In this document: positions 20,241 through 28,965 of the stretch, in pieces
Numbering within the stretch: the first letter of the stretch is position 1
Layout: every line of letters starts with the position of its first letter
IMG/VR virus record: IMGVR_UViG_3300025120_000019
Reading direction: 5' to 3' (one strand)
DNA length: 64,000 bases
From: a virus
Notes under the pieces: model-generated
The model's database searches: none
What the model saw: the letters and a program-made list of their open reading frames with translations, nothing else
What the model was told of the DNA's origin: nothing
Program-made: the position numbers and the translations under genes

Positions 20241-20500
20241 AGCCAAAATCCAGCCGAGGTAATGCTCGTCGCCGGTGGAGTGGTATCGTCCAACAGGCTG
20301 TATGCTACGAAAACCCTTTAGCTATAGGAACGAAGCGAGGGATAGCACTAAATTAGTGTGATGTCGACGTAGGTTGGGAAAGGTCAGAGCCCAGTAGCAA
20401 AGTCAAACACCTACTTCCGATCTCGGCCATGCTACTCGTATGAAGCTGGAGAAGGTGGAACCGCTAGTAGGTTCCGTCTGACCAATTTATCTGTATGAAA
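20241..20500 (+). ncRNA. Candidate structured non-coding RNA (or DNA origin element) downstream of the GIY-YIG gene
   Basis: About 51% GC over 20241-20480 by manual count; no ORF in the track. Nested helices GCCGAGGT 20253-60/ATCTCGGC 20420-27, GTAGGT 20369-74/ACCTAC 20409-14, TGGG/CCCA, GCACTA/TAGTGT and GGAACC 20457-62/GGTTCC 20470-75. Strand inferred from neighbours. Confidence 0.5.
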
Positions 20501-20584
20501 CATAAGTGCTTCGCACTTAAATTATAATAAAAATGTGTTTGAGCAAAAGCGAAAACACAGATGAACATCGTTCATCTTAGAATA

Positions 20585-20592
20585 TATAAATA
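20585..20592 (+). promoter_or_regulatory. T4-type late promoter TATAAATA
   Basis: Exact T4 late consensus 28 nt before ATG 20620. Confidence 0.7.
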
Positions 20593-20619
20593 CATACATA
20601 ACAGTTGGAACAACTCTGA

Positions 20620-21960
20620 ATGAAAATAATACAGATTATAAACGAAGAAGTACCAAAAGGAACTGTCGTAGAAATAGACGGTAACAAGTTCACATGGCTT
20701 GGAGCTCAGTGGAAAAATGTTGCAACAAACAAGCTTGCAAGTAAAGCTGATAATAAAAAAATAAATGCTCTTCCTTCAGTAAAAGAATTAAAAGTATCTA
20801 ATAAAGTAGGAAACTTATCAATAGATAATAAAACTGTTTCATCACAAATGGTTGGCAAAGACAAGTTTGTTGTTACTTTTCAAGAAACAGAAAATGGAAA
20901 AAAAGTAAATCGTTCTGTTAGATTCAAAGATCCTAAATTAGCGGCAGGTGTTGCAAAGTCAATCAGAGAAGGTATGACTTTTAAGCAAGCATCAAAAGTT
21001 TTACCTAAAGATAGTTATAAAATATTAAACGTTGGTAAACTAATGACTAGCTTTAACATTGGTAGGTCAATGTCTAAGAGTCAAATAGATGCTTACATTG
21101 ACAAAGTAAAGGCAAAAGGAGCTAATGCACCTGGTGCCCAGAGATTCTTAAAAATAGTTAATGGCAAAATGTGGCAAGCTCTTGGAAGGTTCGGAGGGTT
21201 TGCTGGATTTCAATACTTACTTTATCAAACATTTGTTATTAACTATGATCAGGTGTTAACAGCTCCAGAAGACAGTTTTGAAAGTCCTGAAGGTAGACAA
21301 GAATTACTAGATGTAATTACTGGATTATATTCAACTCAAGTTATTCTTGGTATTGTTGCAATTTTAAGATCTGCTAAATTAACAAAATCATTTATAAACT
21401 TACTAAGAGCTCCAATAAGGGCATTTCAGGCAGGCGCATTGGTAACAGGAGCCGGAACAGTACCTGCTATTATTACAGCTATAGTTACTGAAGGTGCTTT
21501 TTTTGTTGCACTTTATGCCCTTTCAAATCCAACTGTACAAATGGAACTTGCCAAATATATTGCAAGCACAAGTGGAGGTGTCTTTTTTATAGGAGGCATA
21601 GGAAATTTAGCAAACAGTTCTATGCAAGTCCTTGATAGTTTAACAAACGGAGCCTTAGGTGGTGAAAGTTTACGAGATGCTATTGGTTTCAAAAAAGGCG
21701 TTACTAAGATGCCATCAGGAACTGCTTGGGCTTCTAGTGAATGGGCAAAACTTGCATTCCAAGATATGATTTTTCCTCCAGACATGGAAAAAATAAAAGT
21801 ACCCTATCTGTCTCCTGAGCGAAGAAGAAATGCAATATTTATTGCACTAGAAATGAAAGCACCTACTAGTACTACTACTAATCAACCTGCTCCAGGCCCT
21901 GGAGATCCTTCTGTACCTGGACTACCAACTAATCCAGATGCTCCGGCTGTACCACAGTAG
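20620..21960 (+). CDS. Late hypothetical protein with several hydrophobic helices; possible internal/ejected virion protein
   Basis: 446-aa ORF after a late promoter; basic N-half, hydrophobic Gly/Ala segments in the C-half, Pro-rich tail. Confidence 0.6.
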   Translation: MKIIQIINEEVPKGTVVEIDGNKFTWLGAQWKNVATNKLASKADNKKINALPSVKELKVSNKVGNLSIDNKTVSSQMVGKDKFVVTFQETENGKKVNRSVRFKDPKLAAGVAKSIREGMTFKQASKVLPKDSYKILNVGKLMTSFNIGRSMSKSQIDAYIDKVKAKGANAPGAQRFLKIVNGKMWQALGRFGGFAGFQYLLYQTFVINYDQVLTAPEDSFESPEGRQELLDVITGLYSTQVILGIVAILRSAKLTKSFINLLRAPIRAFQAGALVTGAGTVPAIITAIVTEGAFFVALYALSNPTVQMELAKYIASTSGGVFFIGGIGNLANSSMQVLDSLTNGALGGESLRDAIGFKKGVTKMPSGTAWASSEWAKLAFQDMIFPPDMEKIKVPYLSPERRRNAIFIALEMKAPTSTTTNQPAPGPGDPSVPGLPTNPDAPAVPQ

Positions 21961-21961
21961 T

Positions 21962-22159
21962 TTATAATAATGGCATTTTAGAATTTTTAGTATTTTCTAT
22001 ATTATCTTTAATAATCTTTGATATAACATCCTGATCCATAACATCAGTGTTGTACAGTAATGTATCAACAGAGAGTCCTCCTCTCATGTACCAACTGAGT
22101 CTATAGACAGTATCTTTTATTTTTTTAATATCTTCTTCAAACTCTTCGGCTAATAACAT
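21962..22159 (-). CDS. Small baseplate-hub/tail assembly protein (gp51-like position); probably the -1 frameshift extension of the upstream ORF
   Basis: LSWYMRGGLS motif; frame stays open upstream to the slippery site at 22195-22201; no clear SD before ATG 22159. Confidence 0.6.
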   Translation of the reverse strand: MLLAEEFEEDIKKIKDTVYRLSWYMRGGLSVDTLLYNTDVMDQDVISKIIKDNIENTKNSKMPLL

Positions 22160-22182
22160 TACTTCACTGTCATTAAGTTGTA

Positions 22183-23022
22183 TTAGCCTTTGGCGAAAAA
22201 ATCCGTTTGATCAACTGTTATCCTTAGTTGATTCTCTTTTCCGCAAGCGGCACAAACAACATTTTCAACTGGCAATAACCAAGCTTCGTATTGTGCATTA
22301 ATATGATCTTTAATAGCTTGATACATTTTAACATCATAGTTTTCTATAAAGTCAAAAATTGCTTTTATATCAGTTTCTGTTTCACCTTCGATATCAATAC
22401 TTTTTAATGAAAGTAAAATAGTTTTTAAATTTAGTTGTGCAATTTCTCTTAAAATTTTATCACGAAATTTATCTCTTTCGCTTTCTTCTACAATAGAAGG
22501 TAGTTGTATTGACATTGCACGTTGATATCCAACTGATTCTTTTTGTAAATCGGTATATTGTTGATATGTTAACGGTGATACATTAATTTTAAAATCTTGA
22601 TACATTAAGCTATCTTCAAACGTAAGTCCATTTAGATGATTAATATATTTTTGCAACTCAACTTCATACGTGTTTTCTTCTCCGCAATGTATACATTTTT
22701 GCGAAACTGACATAGTGCTACCATAAGTTGCCATTCTGATTGCTAATAGTATAGCATCAACATCTATTGATACTAGATCAAACGGCTTTAGAATAGATGG
22801 TATGCAACTTTGCATATTTGAAGCTGTTGCTTGACCGTTGATTAGAGCATCTGGTGTTTTGTAAAGAATCTCATCATTAGCAGTCATACTAAACACAGCC
22901 AAGTTAGTATAAGAATCTTCATAAAGAATACCAGGAGACTTATAATACTTTCCTTTGCTTGGTAAGTCTATATAAATCTTTGGTTGCCTTTGAAACTTCT
23001 TTAATGGGCTTTCATTTTCCAT
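22183..23022 (-). CDS. gp26: Baseplate hub assembly protein / tail chaperone, gp26-like
   Basis: PKIYIDLPSKG, MTANDEIL, DVDAILLAIRMATYG, two CxxC pairs (CIHC, CAAC), ends DFF. Confidence 0.75.
   Translation of the reverse strand: MENESPLKKFQRQPKIYIDLPSKGKYYKSPGILYEDSYTNLAVFSMTANDEILYKTPDALINGQATASNMQSCIPSILKPFDLVSIDVDAILLAIRMATYGSTMSVSQKCIHCGEENTYEVELQKYINHLNGLTFEDSLMYQDFKINVSPLTYQQYTDLQKESVGYQRAMSIQLPSIVEESERDKFRDKILREIAQLNLKTILLSLKSIDIEGETETDIKAIFDFIENYDVKMYQAIKDHINAQYEAWLLPVENVVCAACGKENQLRITVDQTDFFAKG
22195..22201 (-). other. Putative -1 programmed ribosomal frameshift heptamer T TTT TTC
   Basis: Minus strand GAT TTT TTC GCC AAA GGC TAA; the -1 frame reads CGC CAA AGG CTA ATA CAA CTT AAT GAC AGT GAA GTA ATG TTA..., in frame with ORF 21962..22159. 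Confidence 0.65.
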
Positions 23023-23034
23023 AAATTTTTCCTA

Positions 23035-23061
23035 GGTAAATAGTATATAACGATATTTATA
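23035..23061. promoter_or_regulatory. Face-to-face late promoters for the gp26-like gene (-) and tape measure (+)
   Basis: GGTAAATA at 23035-42 on +; TATAAATA at 23061-54 on -. Confidence 0.6.
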
Positions 23062-23087
23062 ACCGGTATTTTTTAGGAGAATGACTT

Positions 23088-25226
23088 TTGGCGGCGTTAG
23101 ATGATTTAGTTTCTACCTCAGGTGCTGTAAACCTATTTGGTTCAGAACTTAAAGGCGCTACTAATTCTGTAGTAGGATTAGCTGGTAATTTACTTTCTGG
23201 CAGTATGAAGCTGTCTGATTACAGTAAATCTCTTGATACAAATACCAAATTATTAGGCAAACTTGGAAAAGTTGTAAATGCATTAACAATGTTTGCTGAA
23301 CAAAGTTTATCAGAATATCAAAGTTTAACCGGTATTGGTGCAAGCTTTGGCAAACAGATGACTGAAATTAAAATTGCCGCGGCAGAACTTGGTATGAGTG
23401 TAGAAGACATGACCAAGCTGTTTAAAGACAATGCAGAAGGACTTAGTGCTTTTGGGGGCAGTACAGATTCGGCTATTAGTGCATTTAGACAATTTAGTAG
23501 TAGTGTATTGTCCAGTGACGTAGGAACAGGGTTACGTAGACTAGGATACACCGTTTCTGATATAAATGAAAATTTACTAACATATGCAGAAATTGCAGAA
23601 CAAGATAATCAATTAGAGCGTAGTGTTGGTAGAGACAGAAATCAATCTGCACTTGAATTTGCTAAAGAATTAGACTCATTAAGTAAGCTTACTGGCAAAC
23701 AAAGAGACGAACTTGCTGACCAGATGAAAGAAGCAAGACGTCAAGGAGATGTACAAGCATTCCTTACAGGACAAAGTGCTGATGCAAGTGAAGCACTTAC
23801 TACAGGACTTACAAAAATAAGTTCAACAATGGGTCCTCAGTATGCAGAATTGTTTAAAGATTTATTGATACGAGGAGCACCAACAACTGATGCAACTAGA
23901 AGTGCTTTTGTTGCACTAGGAGATAGTGCAGATGAATTTCAAGCACAGGTCGATTCATTTAGATCCGGCATGAATACAGATAATTTTAGTCAGTTTGATC
24001 AATCTATATCAGAAACACAAGCGGCTTTTACAAGATATTTGAATACTGAGGAAGGTAGACAAATAGGTATGTTAGGTGGGTTAACAGACATAAGTCAAGC
24101 ACAAGGGCAACTACGTGAAGACTCTTATGTATTTGCCAATAGACTAAATGCGGCAGGCGATGCGGCTGAAGATACACTTGTAAAGTTACAGAGAATTACA
24201 ACTGAAATAGAAAGACAACAAGAAATCCAAATGGGTCAAGAAGATCCAAGGAATCTCATAGATGAAACTATTAGGTTAAACGAAACAACACGTGAGATGG
24301 TTTTAGCAACACAACAAAAAGCTTTAACAAACTTAGAAGAAATGGGTGTAACGGCATTACAAAAAGTTCAAGATGCAATGCCTAGTGTTGGCGAGATTAC
24401 AAACAAAATAGGCGGTGTAGTTGATAATTTATTTGAAGCCGCTGGAAGAGCTGATAAATTATGGAACAGCGGCAATGGTATGATAGATTTTCCAAATCTT
24501 GCCACAATGCCCGTTGAAAATTTAACGGTAAACGAAACTTCTGGTGGAAAGATTGCTACCTTAGAAAAGCAAGAAGAAGCGGCAACTATGGTATCAAAAG
24601 CAACTGATGCACAAGATATTGCTTTCACAAAAGTTGAAGATGCAACTAACAAATTAGCTGATCTACAAGCAACTGCCGCACAAATGACAACAGACGGCTT
24701 TACCAAACAGGATCCACAGTTTGCTGGTATTCAATCTGACATAGAAAGAGTTAGAGGTGATTTAGCAAAAGCAAAAAGTGAACTACTACAAAAGCAAGCA
24801 GACTTGTATACTGCACAAAGAATAAGAGATGGACGTAGAACAGGTAATTATACACGAGGATTTGCCACAGGAGGTAATATTCCAGGCGGAAAATTTGGAG
24901 TTGTTGGTGAAGCTGGTCCAGAGTTTGTATCAGGTCCTGCTAATGTAATGAGTTCAAGGTCGAGTATGGGTGTGGTAAACAACATGATGAGAACTATTAG
25001 AAACGTAGAAAACCGTGTTCAAGAAGGTGGGTCTAATGGTCAAAATTCGATAAGTAGTAATATAACTGATAGTATGGTTAGTATGCTAGAAGGTAAACTA
25101 AATGAACAAAACATGATATTACAAAATTTATTACAAGTTGAAACTACTGCATCAGAAACAGGCAAACGCCAATACAAAGCAACTAGAGGGCTAAGTGGTA
25201 ATATGCTAAAAGGAATAGGCGCATGA
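23088..25226 (+). CDS. Tail tape measure-like protein
   Basis: 712 aa, helical A/Q/E/L-rich; C-terminal FATGGNIPGGKFGVVGEAGPE motif typical of tape measure C-termini; next to the chaperone pair. Confidence 0.7.
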   Translation: MAALDDLVSTSGAVNLFGSELKGATNSVVGLAGNLLSGSMKLSDYSKSLDTNTKLLGKLGKVVNALTMFAEQSLSEYQSLTGIGASFGKQMTEIKIAAAELGMSVEDMTKLFKDNAEGLSAFGGSTDSAISAFRQFSSSVLSSDVGTGLRRLGYTVSDINENLLTYAEIAEQDNQLERSVGRDRNQSALEFAKELDSLSKLTGKQRDELADQMKEARRQGDVQAFLTGQSADASEALTTGLTKISSTMGPQYAELFKDLLIRGAPTTDATRSAFVALGDSADEFQAQVDSFRSGMNTDNFSQFDQSISETQAAFTRYLNTEEGRQIGMLGGLTDISQAQGQLREDSYVFANRLNAAGDAAEDTLVKLQRITTEIERQQEIQMGQEDPRNLIDETIRLNETTREMVLATQQKALTNLEEMGVTALQKVQDAMPSVGEITNKIGGVVDNLFEAAGRADKLWNSGNGMIDFPNLATMPVENLTVNETSGGKIATLEKQEEAATMVSKATDAQDIAFTKVEDATNKLADLQATAAQMTTDGFTKQDPQFAGIQSDIERVRGDLAKAKSELLQKQADLYTAQRIRDGRRTGNYTRGFATGGNIPGGKFGVVGEAGPEFVSGPANVMSSRSSMGVVNNMMRTIRNVENRVQEGGSNGQNSISSNITDSMVSMLEGKLNEQNMILQNLLQVETTASETGKRQYKATRGLSGNMLKGIGA

Positions 25227-26968
25227 GCTGGAAGAAATTTTTTACGCCAGTACCAACTGGAAATAATGCAAACGGAAGTTATAGTCCGTTTAGTCAGCGG
25301 GGTGGCGCTGGTCCAGGACCTGCTTCAACTAACTATAGTTCCCATTTACCTGATGTATATGTGGGTTCGCCTAATCGTATTGAAAGATATAATCAATATA
25401 ACACAATGGACAGTGATAGCGAAGTAAATGCGGCACTAGATATACTTGCTGAATTTTGTACACAAAAGGGTAAAGATAACGATACCCATTTCAATATTCA
25501 GTTTAAGAAAAGTTCTAATAATTCCGAGGTTCAAATACTTGGTCAATACCTAAAACAATGGTGTAAACTAAATCAATTTGATGTTAGAATGTTTAGAACA
25601 ATTCGTAATGCTTTTAAATATGGAGATCAGTTTTTTATTAGAGATCCAGAAACACAAAAATTATTTCATGTTGATCCAAGCCAAGTCACAAAAATTATTG
25701 TAAATGAAAGTGACGGTAAAAAACCAGAACAGTACTGTGTAAAGAATTTAAATTTTGCATTTGAATCATTACAAGCAACTCCTTTAAATCAAACAAACAG
25801 TTATGGACCAGGTGGTACTAATGGCTATCAAACTGTAAGTCAACAGCAAGCAACAGGAACAGCAACACCTCCGGCAGGAACTAGCAGATGGCAAACTGGT
25901 GACGGAGAAACATACATAGATGCTAATCATATGGTTCATTTAAGTATGAGTGAAGGGTTAGATCAAAATTATCCATTTGGTAATAGTTTATTAGAAAGCA
26001 TTTTTAAAGTATACAAACAAAAAGAATTACTTGAAGATGCTATAATTATTTACAGAGTGCAACGAGCACCTGAAAGAAGAGTATTCTACGTTGATGTGGG
26101 TAATATGCCCTCGCATCTTGCTATACAATTTGTTGAGCGTGTTAAAACGGAAATACATCAAAGAAGAATCCCATCCAAGACAGGTGGTGGCACAAATGTT
26201 ATAGACTCATCATATAATCCACTGTCAATCAACGAAGACTACTTCTTTCCACAAACTGCTGAAGGCAGAGGATCTAAAGTTGAAACATTGCCAGGAGGCA
26301 CTAATTTAGGAGAAATAGATGATCTCAGATATTTTACTAATAAACTTGTACGTGGCTTACGAATTCCTAGTTCATATCTCCCAACCGGGGCAGATGACGG
26401 TGCTAGCCAATACAATGACGGTAGAGTAGGCACAGCATATATTCAAGAATTAAGATTCAACAAATACTGTGAAAGACTTCAAGGAATGCTTGAAGAAGTA
26501 TTTAATCTTGAATTTAAATTATATTTAAAAAATAAAGGTGTTAATGTAGATTATGCTATGTTTGATTTAGCAATGACACCTCCGCAAAACTTTGCGGCAT
26601 ATAGACAAGCCGAACTTGATAATAACCGCATCGGAACTTTTGGATCAATACAGGCTGTTCCTTTTATATCAAATAGGTTTGCATTGAAAAGATTCTTAGG
26701 AATGACAGATGAAGAGGTTGCAGAGAACGAGCGTCTGTGGAGAGAAGAGAACGAAGATCAAATGGTACCAGGTCAAGCCGAAGGCGGTGCCGCAATGGGT
26801 GCTCCTGCATTATCAGGTACTGGCCTTGGAGATGATCTAGGAGGACTAGAAGATGCATTAGCCGACGAAGGCGGCGATATAGGTGGTGGCGAAGCTCCTC
26901 CTCCTGAAACAACAACAGGAGATGACTTAGGAGGCGCACCAGCACCAGAACCTGACGCTCCTGCATAA
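25223..26968 (+). CDS. gp20: Portal protein
   Basis: LLEDAIIIYRVQRAPERRVFYVDVGNMP, EDYFFP...GRGSKVETLPGG.NLGEIDDLRYF.NKL.RGLRIPSSYL: gp20 hallmarks. Confidence 0.96.
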   Translation: MSWKKFFTPVPTGNNANGSYSPFSQRGGAGPGPASTNYSSHLPDVYVGSPNRIERYNQYNTMDSDSEVNAALDILAEFCTQKGKDNDTHFNIQFKKSSNNSEVQILGQYLKQWCKLNQFDVRMFRTIRNAFKYGDQFFIRDPETQKLFHVDPSQVTKIIVNESDGKKPEQYCVKNLNFAFESLQATPLNQTNSYGPGGTNGYQTVSQQQATGTATPPAGTSRWQTGDGETYIDANHMVHLSMSEGLDQNYPFGNSLLESIFKVYKQKELLEDAIIIYRVQRAPERRVFYVDVGNMPSHLAIQFVERVKTEIHQRRIPSKTGGGTNVIDSSYNPLSINEDYFFPQTAEGRGSKVETLPGGTNLGEIDDLRYFTNKLVRGLRIPSSYLPTGADDGASQYNDGRVGTAYIQELRFNKYCERLQGMLEEVFNLEFKLYLKNKGVNVDYAMFDLAMTPPQNFAAYRQAELDNNRIGTFGSIQAVPFISNRFALKRFLGMTDEEVAENERLWREENEDQMVPGQAEGGAAMGAPALSGTGLGDDLGGLEDALADEGGDIGGGEAPPPETTTGDDLGGAPAPEPDAPA

Positions 26969-26976
26969 ATAATACT

Positions 26977-27225
26977 ATGATACTAAAAGAACTTTTTTAC
27001 TTTGATAAAGATAACCTAGAACCAATTGAAGACTTGACTTATAGTCCAAAAGACGATACAAGTGTTCAAATGGCTGACGATTCACGTAAATCAAGACTTA
27101 CTTTCAAAGACATTAATAAAGCTCGTAAAGCACATGATAGTCATCAAAAAGAAACTACCAAAGAGTTAGATCTTGTTAAACAAATGTACGGAGCGGCGGC
27201 AATAGCGGCGGCTGGTGCAGTTTAA
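26977..27225 (+). CDS. Small head-region protein
   Basis: 82 aa after CATAAATA (26964-71), between portal and prohead genes. Confidence 0.6.
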   Translation: MILKELFYFDKDNLEPIEDLTYSPKDDTSVQMADDSRKSRLTFKDINKARKAHDSHQKETTKELDLVKQMYGAAAIAAAGAV

Positions 27226-27236
27226 CAGGATGAAGA

Positions 27237-27848
27237 ATGACACAAGAAAAGATTGCTTTTGTATTAGGAAACGGTGTTAGCCGTAAATCAATTGACCCTC
27301 ATGCTTTAAAATTACATGGTAAAACATACGGCTGTAATGCGTTGTTTAGAACGTTTGCACCTGACTATCTAGTAGCTGTTGATACTAAAATGATAATGGA
27401 AATACAAAAAACATCATACAGTCATAAACACGAAGTTTGGAGTAATCCAAACAAATTAACTAAAGCTGATCCAAATTTAAAAATTTTTAATCCAAACAAA
27501 GGCTGGAGTAGTGGACCAACTGCTTTGTATATGGCAAGCATTCACGACAATGCAAGAATTTATATTTTAGGATTTGACTATGTAGGTGTAGGTAATAACC
27601 ATGAATTAGTGAATAATATATATGCAGGAACAACAAACTATAAAAATCTTAATGATAGGGCTACATACCATGGAAATTGGCAAAGACAGACTGCACAATG
27701 TATAAATCAATTTGTAAGAACTAAATACATTAGAGTTATTGAAGAGGATAGTTACATACCGGATAATTTAGTAGACTGTAAAAATTTAAAACATATGTCA
27801 ACCAGAATATTTTGTAAGACTTTTGGTATTAAACCTCTTAATTCTTAA
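27237..27848 (+). CDS. Maf/DUF115-like (sialyltransferase-related) nucleotide-sugar transferase domain protein
   Basis: FVLGNG.SR, YGCNAL, PDYLVAVD, WSSGPTA and IYILGFD motifs. Confidence 0.55.
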   Translation: MTQEKIAFVLGNGVSRKSIDPHALKLHGKTYGCNALFRTFAPDYLVAVDTKMIMEIQKTSYSHKHEVWSNPNKLTKADPNLKIFNPNKGWSSGPTALYMASIHDNARIYILGFDYVGVGNNHELVNNIYAGTTNYKNLNDRATYHGNWQRQTAQCINQFVRTKYIRVIEEDSYIPDNLVDCKNLKHMSTRIFCKTFGIKPLNS

Positions 27849-27874
27849 AATACGGTGTTTTGACCCCATTTTAA

Positions 27875-27901
27875 GCGTATATTTCCCAAAAGGTGTAAAT
27901 A
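27875..27901 (+). promoter_or_regulatory. Late promoter for the prohead/capsid operon (GCGTAT-N15-TAAATA)
   Basis: gcgtat-atttcccaaaaggtg-TAAATA upstream of SD aaggag and ATG 27944. Confidence 0.6.
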
Positions 27902-27943
27902 TAGTAGACAGCCTTGTAGAATTTAATTGAAAAGGAGAATAAC

Positions 27944-28951
27944 ATGACTGAGCGTAATAAATTTGAAGAAATGCTTGAGCATTTAGTCAATGAAGACAAA
28001 ACAAAAGCAGAAGAGCTTTTCCACGAAATCGTGGTAGAAAAATCAAGAGATATATATGAAAATCTACTATCTGAAGAAGATGACGAAGTAGATGAAACTA
28101 CTGATGAAGAAGTAGATGAAACTACTGATGAAGAAGTTGATGAAGCATCTGAAGATGATTTAGACGAAGCTACTGATGAAGAAGTTGATGAAGCAACTGA
28201 TGACGAAGAAGTTGATGAAGCAACTGATGACGAAAAAGTAGATGAATTTATGGAGCCAACTATAGAAGCTGACCCTGTAGACGATATGCAAATGGATATT
28301 GAGATGCCAGACGCTGGTGACGACATGGAAATGGGCATGGACGGAGACGACATGGGTATGGACGCAGAAGGCGGAGAAGGCGACATTGAAGATCGTGTAA
28401 TGGACCTAGAAGACGAGCTAGAGTCATTGAAGCAAGAATTTGAAGCAATGATGGATGGCGACATGGGTGACGAAGAAGCACCAGCTGATGATGAAGGTGA
28501 CATGGGCGACGAAATGCCAATGGACATGGATTCAGAAGAAGGTGACGATGACGAAGCTGAAGAAGCATTTGCATATGAAGCAACTGATGAAGAAGTTGAC
28601 GAAGCAAATGACGAAGAAGTAGAAGAGTCAAAAGTTGCCAAGTCACACACAGAAGTGATGCGTGAATATACTGATAAAGTATCAGCATCAATGGGTGACA
28701 ACGGTGCAAATGCAAAATCAGTAGTTGCTGGTTCAAATAACATGGGCGGAACATCTGCAAATATTGCAAAAGGTGGATCAGCTGATGAAAAAGGCACTGG
28801 TGCAACTGCTCCAAAACAAGATTCAGCAGGTAATGTAAACGTACCTGGTGGTAAGGCTTCAAAATCAATGAAGTCACAACCTGGACACGGCGCTGAAAAG
28901 AAGTCGAAGCCAGAGAACGCTGACAATAAAAAATCAACTATTGGAAGCTAA
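27944..28951 (+). CDS. Highly acidic prohead core / scaffold-like protein
   Basis: 335 aa, D/E-rich, strong SD, located between portal and protease. Confidence 0.75.
   Translation: MTERNKFEEMLEHLVNEDKTKAEELFHEIVVEKSRDIYENLLSEEDDEVDETTDEEVDETTDEEVDEASEDDLDEATDEEVDEATDDEEVDEATDDEKVDEFMEPTIEADPVDDMQMDIEMPDAGDDMEMGMDGDDMGMDAEGGEGDIEDRVMDLEDELESLKQEFEAMMDGDMGDEEAPADDEGDMGDEMPMDMDSEEGDDDEAEEAFAYEATDEEVDEANDEEVEESKVAKSHTEVMREYTDKVSASMGDNGANAKSVVAGSNNMGGTSANIAKGGSADEKGTGATAPKQDSAGNVNVPGGKASKSMKSQPGHGAEKKSKPENADNKKSTIGS
28079..28246 (+). repeat. Imperfect 24-27-bp tandem repeat encoding (D)EEVDE(A/T)T
   Basis: gatgaagaagt(a/t)gatgaa(a/g)c(t/a)act units, about 7 copies. Confidence 0.85.
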
Positions 28952-28965
28952 ACGAGGACGACTAG

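Noticed and set aside
20241-20500. Group I intron or hammerhead/box C-D reading of the element after the GIY-YIG gene
   Set aside because: No split exons flank it, and I could not locate P7 core or CUGANGA/GAAA core motifs in the correct arrangement.
28079-28246. Regular direct repeats as a possible CRISPR or guide-RNA array
   Set aside because: Units are contiguous, codon-phased and degenerate, with no unique spacers; a coding repeat.
27871-28926. 351-aa and 225-aa minus-strand ORFs opposite the prohead core gene
   Set aside because: Antisense shadows of the GAN-rich acidic gene; the + ORF has the SD, promoter and operon context.
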